IMG/VR virus record: IMGVR_UViG_3300020043_005514
Span: 1-25,082 of that record
DNA length: 25,082 nt
Source of the DNA: a virus
Taxonomy: Duplodnaviria > Caudoviricetes
Strand: one strand, 5' to 3'
Part shown: positions 24,471 to 25,082 of the stretch, piece by piece
How the letters are laid out: every line of letters begins with the position of its first letter
Position numbering within the stretch: the first letter of the stretch is position 1
Notes under the pieces: model-generated
Told to the model about the DNA's origin: nothing
The model's database searches: none
Seen by the model: only the letters and a program-made list of their open reading frames with translations
Made by a program: the position numbers and the translations under genes

Positions 24471-24499
24471 ATATTAGGCGCATATTGCGCCTAAGTCAA
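24471..24499 (-). promoter_or_regulatory. Cassette-internal sigma70 promoter with palindromic operator
   Basis: Minus strand TTGACT-N17-TAATAT; TTAGGCGCA-TAT-TGCGCCTAA (24474-24494) covers the spacer and part of the -10. Confidence 0.75.
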
Positions 24500-24546
24500 C
24501 ACTATTCAGAGTTATTTTTAATATATTTTCTAGGGCTTAAAAGTCT

Positions 24547-24638
24547 TTCTAACTCTCGCTTCAACAACGACAAGCACCCAGCCGTTAGCGTAAGTCAATT
24601 TTAAGTTAGTGCTTGCGTGTTAAGCTCAGTAGTTATAC
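24547..24638 (+). repeat. attC-like site R1 (92 bp)
   Basis: TTCTAAC-TCTCG-CTTCAACA-ACGACAAGCAC...GTGCTTGCG-TGTTAAG-CTCAGTA-GTTATAC; unpaired C,A,A on the R'' arm. Confidence 0.9.
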
Positions 24639-24640
24639 AC

Positions 24641-24784
24641 CTATGGTTTTGGCTTTTTAATCAGCATTTCAGCCAACGCTGTAGCAAGTCTTTTAGCTAT
24701 TTCTGCTCTAGTACATTGCTCGCACTTGTTTTCAGCTTGCACAAGTATTCCATGCCTGCATACCTGTGTTGTATTTGTTTTCAT
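24641..24784 (-). CDS. Cassette hypothetical protein, 47 aa (MKTNTTQVCRHGILVQAENKCEQCTRAEIAKRLATALAEMLIKKPKP)
   Basis: GGAGG RBS; CxH...CxxC possible metal site; missed by the ORF track. Confidence 0.7.
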   Translation of the reverse strand: MKTNTTQVCRHGILVQAENKCEQCTRAEIAKRLATALAEMLIKKPKP

Positions 24785-24813
24785 CGCATTAACCTCCATT
24801 CATCGCTAAAAGT

Positions 24814-24935
24814 GTACAACTCAGCAATTAAGTGCGAAAAGTACCCAGCCAACTATGGTGTAACTTTTCGTGCCTGTGCTTTCTGTGTTAATGTTTATGT
24901 CGGTAGGGTACTTTCGCCTTATTGCGTAGTTGGGC
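24814..24935 (+). repeat. attC-like site R2 (122 bp)
   Basis: GTACAAC-TCAGCAATTAAGTGCGAAAAGTACCC...GGGTACTTTCGCCTTATTGCGTA-GTTGGGC; near-copy of attC5. Confidence 0.92.
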
Positions 24936-24937
24936 AG

Positions 24938-25081
24938 TCATTTCCATTTCATCTTTTCAATATCCCAAATCCAAAAATGGTTCAGCATTTTATTAAAATC
25001 CCAATAACGGTAGTATTCTTGGCAAAATTCATCATCAGGAATGCTGTCTCTAAGTTTTTGACGCTGTTTAAAAACCCAATT
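24938..25081 (-). CDS. 3' part of cassette hypothetical protein (...DDEFCQEYYRYWDFNKMLNHFWIWDIEKMKWK*), truncated by window edge
   Basis: Open frame to TGA 8 nt from the predicted crossover. Confidence 0.65.
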   Translation of the reverse strand, partial: NWVFKQRQKLRDSIPDDEFCQEYYRYWDFNKMLNHFWIWDIEKMKWK

Positions 25082-25082
25082 G

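Larger units (their letters stand above)
1..25082. mobile_element. Tailed phage/prophage genome segment (siphovirus-like) with two terminal integron-like cassette arrays
   Basis: Co-oriented terminase-portal-protease-capsid-neck-tail tube-chaperone-tape measure-tail tip order on the minus strand; no sheath gene; no host housekeeping genes in window. Confidence 0.95.
23854..25082 (+). mobile_element. Right integron-like cassette array (at least 3 cassettes: 23921-24632, 24633-24929, 24930->25082)
   Basis: attI-like site followed by two attC-like sites in canonical polarity on plus; all ORFs on minus. Confidence 0.88.

Overview
A ~25 kb segment of a tailed phage or prophage (siphovirus-like, HK97-type head). 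The minus strand carries an almost complete lysis, packaging, head and tail block (~2350-23841): GH19 endolysin, holin-like proteins, ParB-N, Mom-like modifier, TerS/TerL, portal, protease, capsid, two tail-tube paralogues, frameshifted chaperones, tape measure, tail tip/fibre genes and a BTLCP/LapG-like protease. Both ends of this block are flanked by integron-like gene-cassette arrays. There are five attC-like sites at 90-1714 and two at 24547-24935, with R''/L''/L'/R' boxes, 2-3 extrahelical bases and cassette-specific end complementarity. Each array is anchored on one copy of a shared 73-bp attI-like element (2147-2219 and 23854-23926, inverted relative to each other). Every cassette gene is antisense to canonical attC polarity, pointing toward the attI-like site, and most stop codons fall on the predicted crossover. 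Some genes start inside their own attC. No integron integrase is encoded in the window. All calls come from reading the sequence and motifs by eye; no database searches were run.
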